Shown here: positions 55,860-64,000 of the stretch, piece by piece
Position numbering within the stretch: the first letter of the stretch is position 1
How the letters are laid out: each line of letters starts with the position of its first letter
Assembly (NCBI GenBank): GCA_902778285.1
Contig: CACYXC010000010.1
Coordinates: 9,323-73,322 of the forward strand
Source: Oscillospiraceae bacterium
GTDB taxonomy: Bacteria; Bacillota; Clostridia; Oscillospirales; Oscillospiraceae
Reading direction: 5' to 3'
DNA length: 64,000 nt
Notes under the pieces: generated by a model
What the model saw: the letters and a program-made list of their open reading frames with translations, nothing else
What the model was told of the DNA's origin: nothing
Database searches by the model: none
Position numbers and translations under genes: made by a program

Positions 55860-58775
55860 ATGCTGAAACTCAAGGACATCAAAAAAGACTATACCGCAGG
55901 CGATTCCGTTGTGCATGCGCTCAAGGGGATCGATCTTTCTTTTCGTGAGAACGAGTTTGTCGCCATCCTCGGTCATTCCGGCTGCGGCAAGACCACGCTG
56001 CTGAACATCATCGGCGGTCTGGATCAGTACAGCTCCGGCGATCTGGTGATCAACGGCAGATCCACGAAGAACTTCAACGACGGAGACTGGGACGCCTACC
56101 GCAACCACTCGATCGGTTTTGTTTTTCAGTCCTACAACCTGATCCCTCACCAGACGGTGCTGTCCAATGTGGAGCTCGCGCTGACGCTCTCGGGCGTAGC
56201 CCCGGCGGAGCGCCGTGCCAGGGCAAAGGAGGCACTGGAAAAGGTCGGCCTCGGCGATCAGATCTACAAAAAGCCCAATCAGATGTCCGGCGGCCAGATG
56301 CAGCGCGTCGCGATCGCCCGTGCACTGGTGAACAACCCCGATATCCTCCTGGCCGACGAGCCGACAGGCGCGCTGGACTCCGAGACTTCCCTGCAGATCA
56401 TGGACATCCTCAGGGAGATCGCGAAGGACAAGCTCATCATCATGGTCACGCACAACCCGGAGCTTGCCGAGGGCTATGCCAGCCGGATCATCCGCCTGAA
56501 GGACGGTCTGATCGTCGGCGACAGCGATCCCTTCGACGCCCCGGACGACATGAATTCCACCGCCCGGCTCAAAAAGACCTCGATGAGCTTCTTTACGGCG
56601 CTGGCGCTTTCGACGAATAACCTCATGACGAAGAAGGCCCGCACCTTGCTGACCGCTTTTGCCGGCAGCATCGGCATCATCGGCATCGCGCTCATCATGT
56701 CGCTCTCCAACGGCATACAAAACTATATCAACAAGGTCCAGGAGGACACGCTCTCGAGCTACCCGATCACGATCCAGGCGGAGAGCGTGGACATGACCAG
56801 CCTGATGACTTCCCTCATGGGCGTGCGCTCGAGCAATGACGGAGTCAGGCATGAAAAGGACGCGGTGTATTCCAGCTCCGTGCTCTATGATATGGTGAAT
56901 TCCATCGTCTCCGCTGATCTTGAGACCAACAATCTGAAAGCCTTCAAGGAATACATTGAGGACGAAAACAGCGAGATCAGCCAGTATATCAGCTCCGTTC
57001 AGTACTCCTACAATGTTGACATCATGCCCTACGCCGAGGATGAGAACGGCCATATCGGGAAGTCCGATACGACGGAAATCATGCAGGCGGCCATGTCTTC
57101 CTCCTTCGGCGGCGATTACTCCAGCTATTTCTCCACCTACGGCCAGATGTTCAATCAGCTAAACGTCTGGATCGAGATGCTCCCCGGCGAGAACGGAGAA
57201 CTGATCAATCCGCTGCTGAAAAAGCAGTACGACATGCTATACGGCAAGTGGCCAGAGCGTTATGACGAGGTCGTGCTTGTCGTTGACGAGAACAACGAGA
57301 TCTCCGACCTGGTGCTCTATTCGCTGGGCCTGAAGGCCAACGATGAGATCTCCAGCAATATGGAGCTTCTGATGTCGCAGGAGACGATGGAGACGGCGGA
57401 GGAGCGCTGGACCTATGAAGAGATCTGTCAGATGAGCTTCCGCTATATCTTCCCGGCCGACAAGTATCAGCTCGATGAGGAGACGGGGGAGTACATCGAC
57501 CTCAGCGCCGAAGAACTTGGGCTTCGTACGCTTTACAACAACGGGCTGGAGCTGAAGATCGTCGGTATCGTGAGGCAGAACAGCGACGCGCTCTCCGGTA
57601 TGCTCTCCGGCGCTGTCGGCTACACCCACGAGCTGGTCGAGCATATCATGGCGGAGGCGGAGACCAAGGATCTTGTCAGGCGCCAGCTCGAAGACCCGGA
57701 CCACGAGGTTTTCAACGGACTTCTTTTCCTCGACAAAGAGGATGAGACGAACAGTAAGAAACGCAAGATCGACGCGGCCAGGGACTACATCGCCGCAGCC
57801 GACGAGGAAACGATAGCAGAGCTCTATGTCGATTTCATGTGTGAGCCGGAGGATTCCTATGTGCAGGAATTGATCGACGAGCAGATGGAGGGAACCACGC
57901 GCGAGGATATCGAGGCGCTGGTCACGCAGTACTATCCGGAGTATTCCTCCATGCTCAGTCAGATGGACGACGCGACGCTGGATTCCTACATGCGGCAGAT
58001 GATCGCCGAGCAGGTCAAGGAGCAGTACGCGATCCAGATGCGCGCGCTCTACGAAAAGCTGCCGAGGAAGGAGCTTGTCGACAACTTCTCCATGCTGGTG
58101 CTCGATGACGACGACTACCTCTGGATCTACAGCAACGCCATGCCGCCGGTGTATTCCACGTCAACGCTGAAGGACACGCTCAAAAAGCTGGGTTATGTGG
58201 ATCTGGAAGTCCCCAGCACCATCAATATCTACGCCTCGACCTTCGAGAACAAGGACGCGATCGCCGATGCGATCCAGGCCTATAACGACTCCGTGGCCGA
58301 GGAAGACCAGATCAGCTATACCGACATGGTGGCGCTGCTGATGAGCTCCATCACCTCGATCATCAACGTCATCAGCTATGTGCTGATCGCCTTTGTCGCG
58401 ATCTCCCTGGTGGTCTCGTCGATCATGATCGGCATTATCACGTATATCAGCGTGCTCGAGCGCACCAAGGAAATCGGCATACTGCGTGCGATCGGCGCGT
58501 CCAAGCGCGACGTCTCCCGCGTCTTCAACGCCGAGACCTTTATCATCGGCTTTTCCGCCGGTGCGATCGGCATCATCATGACGCTGCTGCTCAATATCCC
58601 AATCAACATCATCGTGCACGATCTGACGGGCATCATGGCTCTGAATTCGACGCTGCCCTGGATGGGTGCGGCAGGACTTGTTCTGATCAGCGTTGTGCTG
58701 ACCTTTATCGCGGGACTCATTCCCTCGGGCCTTGCGGCGAAGAAGGACCCGGTCGAAGCGCTCAGGACAGAATAG
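55860..58775 (+). CDS. Fused ABC ATPase / FtsX-type permease (MacB-like exporter)
   Basis: MLKLKDIKKDY..., Walker A GHSGCGKTT, signature MSGGQMQRVAIARAL, Walker B ILLADEPTGALD, then a large extracytoplasmic domain and a C-terminal FtsX 4-TM bundle. The track ORF start at 55512 reads through the antisense of the tRNA and I rejected it. Confidence 0.85.
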   Translation: MLKLKDIKKDYTAGDSVVHALKGIDLSFRENEFVAILGHSGCGKTTLLNIIGGLDQYSSGDLVINGRSTKNFNDGDWDAYRNHSIGFVFQSYNLIPHQTVLSNVELALTLSGVAPAERRARAKEALEKVGLGDQIYKKPNQMSGGQMQRVAIARALVNNPDILLADEPTGALDSETSLQIMDILREIAKDKLIIMVTHNPELAEGYASRIIRLKDGLIVGDSDPFDAPDDMNSTARLKKTSMSFFTALALSTNNLMTKKARTLLTAFAGSIGIIGIALIMSLSNGIQNYINKVQEDTLSSYPITIQAESVDMTSLMTSLMGVRSSNDGVRHEKDAVYSSSVLYDMVNSIVSADLETNNLKAFKEYIEDENSEISQYISSVQYSYNVDIMPYAEDENGHIGKSDTTEIMQAAMSSSFGGDYSSYFSTYGQMFNQLNVWIEMLPGENGELINPLLKKQYDMLYGKWPERYDEVVLVVDENNEISDLVLYSLGLKANDEISSNMELLMSQETMETAEERWTYEEICQMSFRYIFPADKYQLDEETGEYIDLSAEELGLRTLYNNGLELKIVGIVRQNSDALSGMLSGAVGYTHELVEHIMAEAETKDLVRRQLEDPDHEVFNGLLFLDKEDETNSKKRKIDAARDYIAAADEETIAELYVDFMCEPEDSYVQELIDEQMEGTTREDIEALVTQYYPEYSSMLSQMDDATLDSYMRQMIAEQVKEQYAIQMRALYEKLPRKELVDNFSMLVLDDDDYLWIYSNAMPPVYSTSTLKDTLKKLGYVDLEVPSTINIYASTFENKDAIADAIQAYNDSVAEEDQISYTDMVALLMSSITSIINVISYVLIAFVAISLVVSSIMIGIITYISVLERTKEIGILRAIGASKRDVSRVFNAETFIIGFSAGAIGIIMTLLLNIPINIIVHDLTGIMALNSTLPWMGAAGLVLISVVLTFIAGLIPSGLAAKKDPVEALRTE

Positions 58776-58900
58776 TTTTCAGGATACAGTTTTCAGAGAT
58801 CGCCTTGTTGCTTTGGCTTCCGCCGGGAAACTATATGTGAATGTAAGGGATTGTGCCGATCTCGTATGGACTTCTCTCTGAAAACTCAATACTGAAAACT
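58774..58900. repeat. 127-bp segment bounded by 25-nt imperfect inverted repeats rich in TTTTCAG
   Basis: AGTTTTCAGGATACAGTTTTCAGAG (58774..58798) against CTCTGAAAACTCAATACTGAAAACT (58876..58900); 19 of 25 positions are complementary. Confidence 0.45.
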
Positions 58901-58945
58901 GAGGACTAAAAACGGGCTATGAAAGACTTATCTTTCATACCGTTC

Positions 58946-59070
58946 CAGACTGTAGACAAACCCATACAGAGCAAGTCGGACTCGCATGGGGAGAGCGCGA
59001 GAGGGGACGGTAATCCCCTTTCGCGGTACAATCTGTGCAAAAATCTGTCGACACTTTGTCGACAGCTTGA
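58946..59070 (+). mobile_element. MITE-like structured repeat, copy H (short form)
   Basis: Flanked by 34-36-bp direct copies of the hairpin AACGGGCTATGAAAGACTTATCTTTCATAGCCCGTT (58911..58944, with a 2-nt loss, and 59071..59106). The core hairpin carries a compensated variant, GAGAGGGGACGGTAATCCCCTTTC. Confidence 0.8.
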
Positions 59071-59109
59071 AACGGGCTATGAAAGACTTATCTTTCATAG
59101 CCCGTTCTG

Positions 59110-59454
59110 CTACATGGCTTCGATCTCTTTGATGTTGTACTCGTTGCCCGTGACCAGAAAGGTGTTCCCGCTCTGGCAATAGGGGCAGATCTTTTTGTAC
59201 TTCATCGTGGAATAGGTTTTTCCGCAGTCCTGACAGTAGGTGACTGCCTCGAGCTTTTCGATCTTCAGCTCGGTCTTCTGGAAATGCGCGGTCTTGGATC
59301 GGGCGTATTCCCAGAAATCCTGCAGATATTCGGGGATAATGCCGCTGACCTCGCCGACCTCCAGCGTGATGGAGCCGACCTCCTTGAGGTCGTTTTCGAC
59401 CATCAGCTTTTCGACTGCGTCGATCACATAGTAAATGGTTCCGAGCTCGTGCAT
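59110..59454 (-). CDS. hypA: HypA/HybF-like nickel metallochaperone
   Basis: MHELGTIYYVIDAV... and Zn ribbon CQDCG...CPYCQ. The start lies 2 nt after the upstream flavoprotein stop. Confidence 0.75.
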   Translation of the reverse strand: MHELGTIYYVIDAVEKLMVENDLKEVGSITLEVGEVSGIIPEYLQDFWEYARSKTAHFQKTELKIEKLEAVTYCQDCGKTYSTMKYKKICPYCQSGNTFLVTGNEYNIKEIEAM

Positions 59455-59456
59455 GC

Positions 59457-62162
59457 TTACCCCTTGCGAATGATCTTGACGGCCTGCCTGCCCGCGTGCT
59501 TGAGCATCGGGAGGACCTTATCCTCACAGCGGACCAGGTTGGAAGCCTCGGGAACGTCGCGCTCGAGATGGATGGCGTCGAACATGCAGCGGGTGGTGCA
59601 CAGACCGCAGCCGATGCAGCGGTTCCGGTCCACAACGCTCACGCCGCAGCCAAGGCAGCGGGAGGCCTCGGCCTTGACCTGCTCTTCGGTGAAGGTGAGC
59701 TGATCGTGCTCGAAGGATCTGGCCTTCGCGGGATCGTGCGCGATCTGCTGGCGGGCGGGACGGTCAAAGCTGTCGACGCCCAGAACGATGTTGCCCTTAT
59801 CCAGCTCGTAGAACTCGCGGAGGTTGCGCCCGATCGTCAGGCTCTGACCGTCCTGCACAAAACGGTGCAGAGACTCGGCACCCTCGCGGCCGGCGGCGAT
59901 CGCGTCGATGGCGAACTTGGGCCCGGTGTAGACGTCGCCGCCGACAAAGATGTCGTCCTGCTCGGTCTGATAGGTGACGGGATCGGCAATGGCGTTGCCC
60001 TTCTTGCCGGTCTTGAGCGCGCCGACGTCCAGACCGCCCCAGTCGATGCTCTGACCCACGGCAGCCAGCACGGAATCGACCTCGATGGTCTCAAATTTGC
60101 CGGTGCCTACGGGAGCCCTGCGGCCCTTCTCATCGGGCTCGCCCAGCTCCATGAGCTCGACCTTCAGCGCCTTGACCTTGCCGTCCTCACCGAGGATCTC
60201 CACAGGCGCGTTGAGGAAGCAGAACTTCACGCCCTCTGCCCTGGCTTCGGCGACCTCTTCCTTGTCGGCGGGCATCTCATCCTCGCTGCGGCGGTAGATC
60301 ACATAGGTCTCCGCGCCGAGGCGTACCGCCGTGCGGCAGACATCCATAGCCACGTTGCCACCGCCGATGACCGCGCACTTCTTGCCGATCTCAGGCATGT
60401 TCCCGAGGTTGACCTCACGCAGGAAGTCGACGCCGCCGAACACGCCCTGCAGCTCCTCGCCGGGGATGTTGAGCCTGGCACTCTTCTGCGCGCCGATGGC
60501 GACATAGAAGCCCTTGTAGCCCTGCTCGCGCAGCTGCTCGATCGTGACGTCCTTGCCGACCTCGGTATTCATCCGGAAGTGGACGCCCATCTTCTCGAGG
60601 ACCTCGATCTCGCCCTTGAGGGCGCTGCGGTCCAGACGGTAGCTGGGGATGCCCATGACGAGCATGCCGCCCGGCTCCTTGTTGCGGTCGAAGACGGTGA
60701 CGTTGGTGTAGCCCATGCGCGCCAGATAGTAGGCGCAGCTCATGCCCGCGGGGCCGGCGCCGATGATGGCGACCTTCTCCTCATAGGGCTTGTCGATGGG
60801 GCGGCGGTACAGGGGAGCGGGGACATAGCGCTCTTCGCTCTTGAGATCCTGCTCGGCGATGAACTTTTTGATCTCGTCGATAGCCAGCGCCTTGTCGACA
60901 GCGCCGCGGGTGCAGGCGTCCTCGCAGCGGCGGTTGCAGACATAGCCGCAGACGGAGGGGAAGGGGTTGTCCTGCTTGATGAGCTTGAGCGCGTCGAGAT
61001 AACGGCCTTCCTTGGCGAGCTTGATGTAGCCCTGGATCGCGATGTGCGCGGGGCAGGCGGTCTTGCAGGGGGCGGTACCGCTCTCGTGGCAGTTCTTGCG
61101 GTTGTCGTACACGTAGTTGGGGTTCCACTTGTCCTTGCCCCACTTGAGGCCGGAGGGCAGCTCCTGTTTGGGATACTGTACCTCGCCCTGCTTGGTGCAG
61201 AGCTTCTGGCCGAGCTTTACGGCACCGGCCGGGCAGACCTCGACGCACTTGCCGCAGGCCACGCAGTTTTCCTTGTTGACATGGGCGCGGTAGGCGGAGG
61301 CGGAGAGGTTCGGGGTGTTGAAGTACTGGCTGGTGCGCAGGGCGAAGCATACGCCCAGATCGCAGTTGCACAGGCCGAAGATCTTATCCGTGCCGTCGAT
61401 GTTCGTGGTCTGGTGGACGTAGCCGTTTTCCTCAGCGCGCTGGCAGATGGCGAGAGCCTCTTCCTTGGTGATGGGGCGGCCCTTGCCGGTTTCGATCAGG
61501 TATTCGGCGAAATCGCCGAGACCGATGCAGCAGTCGTCCTGGATCTCGCCGGAGCCCTGACCGTACAGGCGGCGGGCGTTGCGGCAGGAGCAGTAGCCGA
61601 CAGAGAGCTTACCGTCGTATTTGTCCAGCCAGTGGGAGATATGCTCGATGGAGACGGACTTGTTCTCGTGCTCGATCGCCTTCTCCACGGGGATGACGTG
61701 CATGCCGATGCCGTCGCCGCCGGGAGGGATCAGGTGGGTCTTACCCTCGAGAGGCAGGAAGGTCATCTTGTCAAAAGCATCCGCAAGCTCGGGATACTTC
61801 TCCACCTGCCAGAGGACCATGTTCGTCATCTCGGCGATGCCGGGGACGAAGAGCTGGACATACCACTGCTTCTCATGCTGAGGATTCTCGTGGTGATACT
61901 CGACGATGCCGTGCATGGCGGCGTCGGTGAGCAGCTCCTCGATTTTCGCTTCGCTCTTGCCGGTGAGCTTTGCGATCTCCGCGGTGGTCTTGGGCTTGCG
62001 CAGCCCCATCTTGAGCATGACCTCCGCGATCTCATCGCTGGAGCATGCGCGGTCGAGAATGATGTACTCCGGGTCGGTCTCGGTCAGACGCTTGAGGCCG
62101 AACTTGTAGGGGATACGGTCAGTGATCATTTTGCCAAGGTCAAACAGAATCTCTCTGGCCAT
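59457..62162 (-). CDS. Multidomain Fe-S flavoprotein (GltD-like NAD(P)H/FAD oxidoreductase with 4Fe-4S ferredoxin motifs and a Cys-rich N-terminal domain)
   Basis: 901 aa with CVACGKCVEVCP and CIGCGLCTTRC ferredoxin motifs, GAGPAGMSCAYYL (FAD) and VIGGGNVAMD (NAD(P)H). The + ORF 59496..62312 is an antisense shadow. Confidence 0.8.
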   Translation of the reverse strand: MAREILFDLGKMITDRIPYKFGLKRLTETDPEYIILDRACSSDEIAEVMLKMGLRKPKTTAEIAKLTGKSEAKIEELLTDAAMHGIVEYHHENPQHEKQWYVQLFVPGIAEMTNMVLWQVEKYPELADAFDKMTFLPLEGKTHLIPPGGDGIGMHVIPVEKAIEHENKSVSIEHISHWLDKYDGKLSVGYCSCRNARRLYGQGSGEIQDDCCIGLGDFAEYLIETGKGRPITKEEALAICQRAEENGYVHQTTNIDGTDKIFGLCNCDLGVCFALRTSQYFNTPNLSASAYRAHVNKENCVACGKCVEVCPAGAVKLGQKLCTKQGEVQYPKQELPSGLKWGKDKWNPNYVYDNRKNCHESGTAPCKTACPAHIAIQGYIKLAKEGRYLDALKLIKQDNPFPSVCGYVCNRRCEDACTRGAVDKALAIDEIKKFIAEQDLKSEERYVPAPLYRRPIDKPYEEKVAIIGAGPAGMSCAYYLARMGYTNVTVFDRNKEPGGMLVMGIPSYRLDRSALKGEIEVLEKMGVHFRMNTEVGKDVTIEQLREQGYKGFYVAIGAQKSARLNIPGEELQGVFGGVDFLREVNLGNMPEIGKKCAVIGGGNVAMDVCRTAVRLGAETYVIYRRSEDEMPADKEEVAEARAEGVKFCFLNAPVEILGEDGKVKALKVELMELGEPDEKGRRAPVGTGKFETIEVDSVLAAVGQSIDWGGLDVGALKTGKKGNAIADPVTYQTEQDDIFVGGDVYTGPKFAIDAIAAGREGAESLHRFVQDGQSLTIGRNLREFYELDKGNIVLGVDSFDRPARQQIAHDPAKARSFEHDQLTFTEEQVKAEASRCLGCGVSVVDRNRCIGCGLCTTRCMFDAIHLERDVPEASNLVRCEDKVLPMLKHAGRQAVKIIRKG

Positions 62163-62319
62163 AGGTTTTTCTCCTTTCGATATCGAAATATGAATCGGTC
62201 CCTTAATTTGAATTCATATTTTTACAGAATAAGAGTATCATACAAGTCCGAAAAAGTCACTATACAATCTGGCGGAATCTGCCGAATTTTTGTGCGCTTT
62301 GCCGCATTTTGATCCCGGC

Positions 62320-62348
62320 TTGACCGCGGGCGTTGAAAGGATTATAGT
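62320..62348 (+). promoter_or_regulatory. Sigma-A promoter of the dipeptidase gene
   Basis: TTGACC (62320..62325), 17 nt, TATAGT (62343..62348). Confidence 0.6.
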
Positions 62349-62439
62349 AAATATCGGCCACCAAATCCGATAACTGCTAAAAAAATAAAATAAGAAATCC
62401 AGCTTGCTCAGGCAGGCTTCGGAAGCAAGGAGAAGCACT

Positions 62440-63903
62440 ATGTCCTGTACCACCGTTCTTGTCGGCAGGCTTGCCAGCAATGACCGTTCCACAATGATCG
62501 CCCGCACGGACGACGGGCATTTCGACGTCAAAAAGCTCATCGTCATGGAACCGAAGGATCAGCCCCGCAGATACAAGTCCGTGATCTCACACGCGGAGGT
62601 CGCGCTGCCGGAGGAGCCGATGCGCTATACCGCCTGCCCCAGTGTCGATACGCAGCACGGCGTCTGGGCCGCCACCGGCATCAACGCCGCAAACGTCGGC
62701 ATGACCGCCACCGAGACGATCACCTCCAACCCCCGCGTACTTGCGGCCGACCCGCTCGTTGTCTATCAGAAGGCTAAGAACAGACGCGAAAAGGACGTGC
62801 CCGGCGGACTGGGGGAGGAGGACTTCGTGGTCCTCGTCCTGCCCTATATCCACACGGCGCGCGAGGGCGTGGAGCGTCTGGCTTCTCTGCTCGAGCAGTA
62901 CGGCACCTATGAGTCCAACGGCATCGCCTTCAACGACGAGAATGAGATCTGGTGGATGGAGACGATCGGCGGTCATCACTGGATCGCGCGGCGCGTGCCT
63001 GACGAGGTCTGCGTCATCAACCCGAACCAGTTCGGGATGGACGGCTTTGACTTTGACGACGCTTTCGGCAAGCAGGAAGAGAATATGTGTTCGAAGGATC
63101 TGCGGGAGTTTATCGCAGAGAATCATCTGGACCTCAATCAGGACGGCGTGTTCAACCCCCGCGCCGTGTTCGGCTCACGCCGCGATATGGACCATATCTA
63201 CAACACGCCGCGCGCCTGGTTCATGGGCCGCTATCTCGCGCCGACCCGTTACCGCTGGGACGGGGAGAAGGCCGATTTTACCCCCGAGAGCGACAACATT
63301 CCCTGGTCTCTGGTCCCGGAGCGCAGGCTTGCGGTGGAGGACGTCAAGTATATGCTCTCCTCGCACTATCAGGGTACGCCCTATAATCCTTACACGAACC
63401 AGAACACCGGCAAGCGGGGCATGTACCGCTCCATCGGTATCAACCGCACCGGCGTGACTTCGGTCTGCCAGATCCGCAGCGACGCGCCGGAGAAGCTCAA
63501 GGGGCTCGAGTGGATCTGCTTCGGCTCCACCACCTTTGCCGCGCTTTTGCCGGTCTACCCCTGCGTGCCGAAGATGCCGCGCTATCTGAGCGACGTCAAG
63601 CTCGACGTGAGCACCGAAAACTTCTACTGGGCGAGCAGGCTCATCGGTGCGCTGGCCGATGCAAACTACGCCGCCTGCATCCAGAACATCGAGCGTTATC
63701 AGCTGGCCGTCATGACCAGAGGCCGTCAGATCGTTGCCGAGTATGACCGGCGCTATGCAGAGAGTGGAAGGGATTCTCTCCTGATCGAGGCGAACGAAAA
63801 ACTCTGCCAAATGGCGAAAGAAGAGTCCACAAATACGCTCAGCAAGGTGCTGCTGACAGCCAGCGAGCGTATGAAAAACGGCTACAACCTCGCCGATAAC
63901 TGA
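62440..63903 (+). CDS. C69-family dipeptidase
   Basis: MSCTTVLVGRLASNDRSTMIARTDD... (N-terminal Cys nucleophile) and ...NGIAFNDENEIWWMETIGGHHW... ATG 62440 lies behind AAGGAGAAG. Confidence 0.85.
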   Translation: MSCTTVLVGRLASNDRSTMIARTDDGHFDVKKLIVMEPKDQPRRYKSVISHAEVALPEEPMRYTACPSVDTQHGVWAATGINAANVGMTATETITSNPRVLAADPLVVYQKAKNRREKDVPGGLGEEDFVVLVLPYIHTAREGVERLASLLEQYGTYESNGIAFNDENEIWWMETIGGHHWIARRVPDEVCVINPNQFGMDGFDFDDAFGKQEENMCSKDLREFIAENHLDLNQDGVFNPRAVFGSRRDMDHIYNTPRAWFMGRYLAPTRYRWDGEKADFTPESDNIPWSLVPERRLAVEDVKYMLSSHYQGTPYNPYTNQNTGKRGMYRSIGINRTGVTSVCQIRSDAPEKLKGLEWICFGSTTFAALLPVYPCVPKMPRYLSDVKLDVSTENFYWASRLIGALADANYAACIQNIERYQLAVMTRGRQIVAEYDRRYAESGRDSLLIEANEKLCQMAKEESTNTLSKVLLTASERMKNGYNLADN

Positions 63904-63919
63904 ACGGATACATAAGTTA

Positions 63920-63966
63920 CCCGCCCGTACAGCGGCTCCTTTTCGCTGTGCGGGCGGGATGTTTTA
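63920..63966 (+). terminator. Terminator after the dipeptidase gene
   Basis: CCCGCCCGTACAGCG-GCTCCTTTT-CGCTGTGCGGGCGGG followed by ATGTTTTA. Confidence 0.75.
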
Positions 63967-64000
63967 CGTTCGGCATTGCATGCCGGTGTTGTCGATATAG

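Overview
This is a high-GC (roughly 60%) chromosome segment of Clostridia type. That placement is an inference from spoIIAA-spoIIAB-sigF, T-box leaders, RNase J, PcrA and Firmicutes-style RBS and promoters. The content is almost entirely housekeeping. It includes a complete histidine operon (yerC-hisZGDCBHAF-hisIE-hisJ), glnS, valS and alaS (the last two behind T-box leaders), tyrA-pheA, rpe-recR, rnj, pcrA, comEC-holA, secG, an FbpABC-like ABC importer, a MacB-like ABC exporter, a glycine riboswitch ahead of an alanine/glycine:cation symporter, and one tRNA-Arg(CCU). I found no rRNA, CRISPR/cas, transposase, integrase, phage genes or recognisable defence system. Many long ORFs in the track are antisense shadows of real genes. 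One real gene at the left edge (an M29 aminopeptidase) and one 54-codon Cys-rich sORF are missing from the track. The most unusual signal is a family of eight 100-165 bp structured repeats with terminal inverted repeats, about one copy per 8 kb. Each copy sits in an intergenic terminator. In the best-preserved copies the whole terminator hairpin (22-36 bp) is duplicated on both sides, which suggests a MITE-like element that targets hairpin or cruciform DNA and makes structure-sized target duplications. I could not assign it to a named family. Other items worth a second look are: a Tyr-rich 17-codon leader ORF with classical 1:2/2:3/3:4 attenuator geometry upstream of tyrA-pheA; the Cys/Asn/Gly-rich tiny membrane sORF; a frameshifted and internally deleted enoate-reductase-like flavoenzyme; a hairpin-dense 210-nt intergenic segment; a long palindrome at the Stem III position of the valS T-box; and a probably leaderless pcrA.
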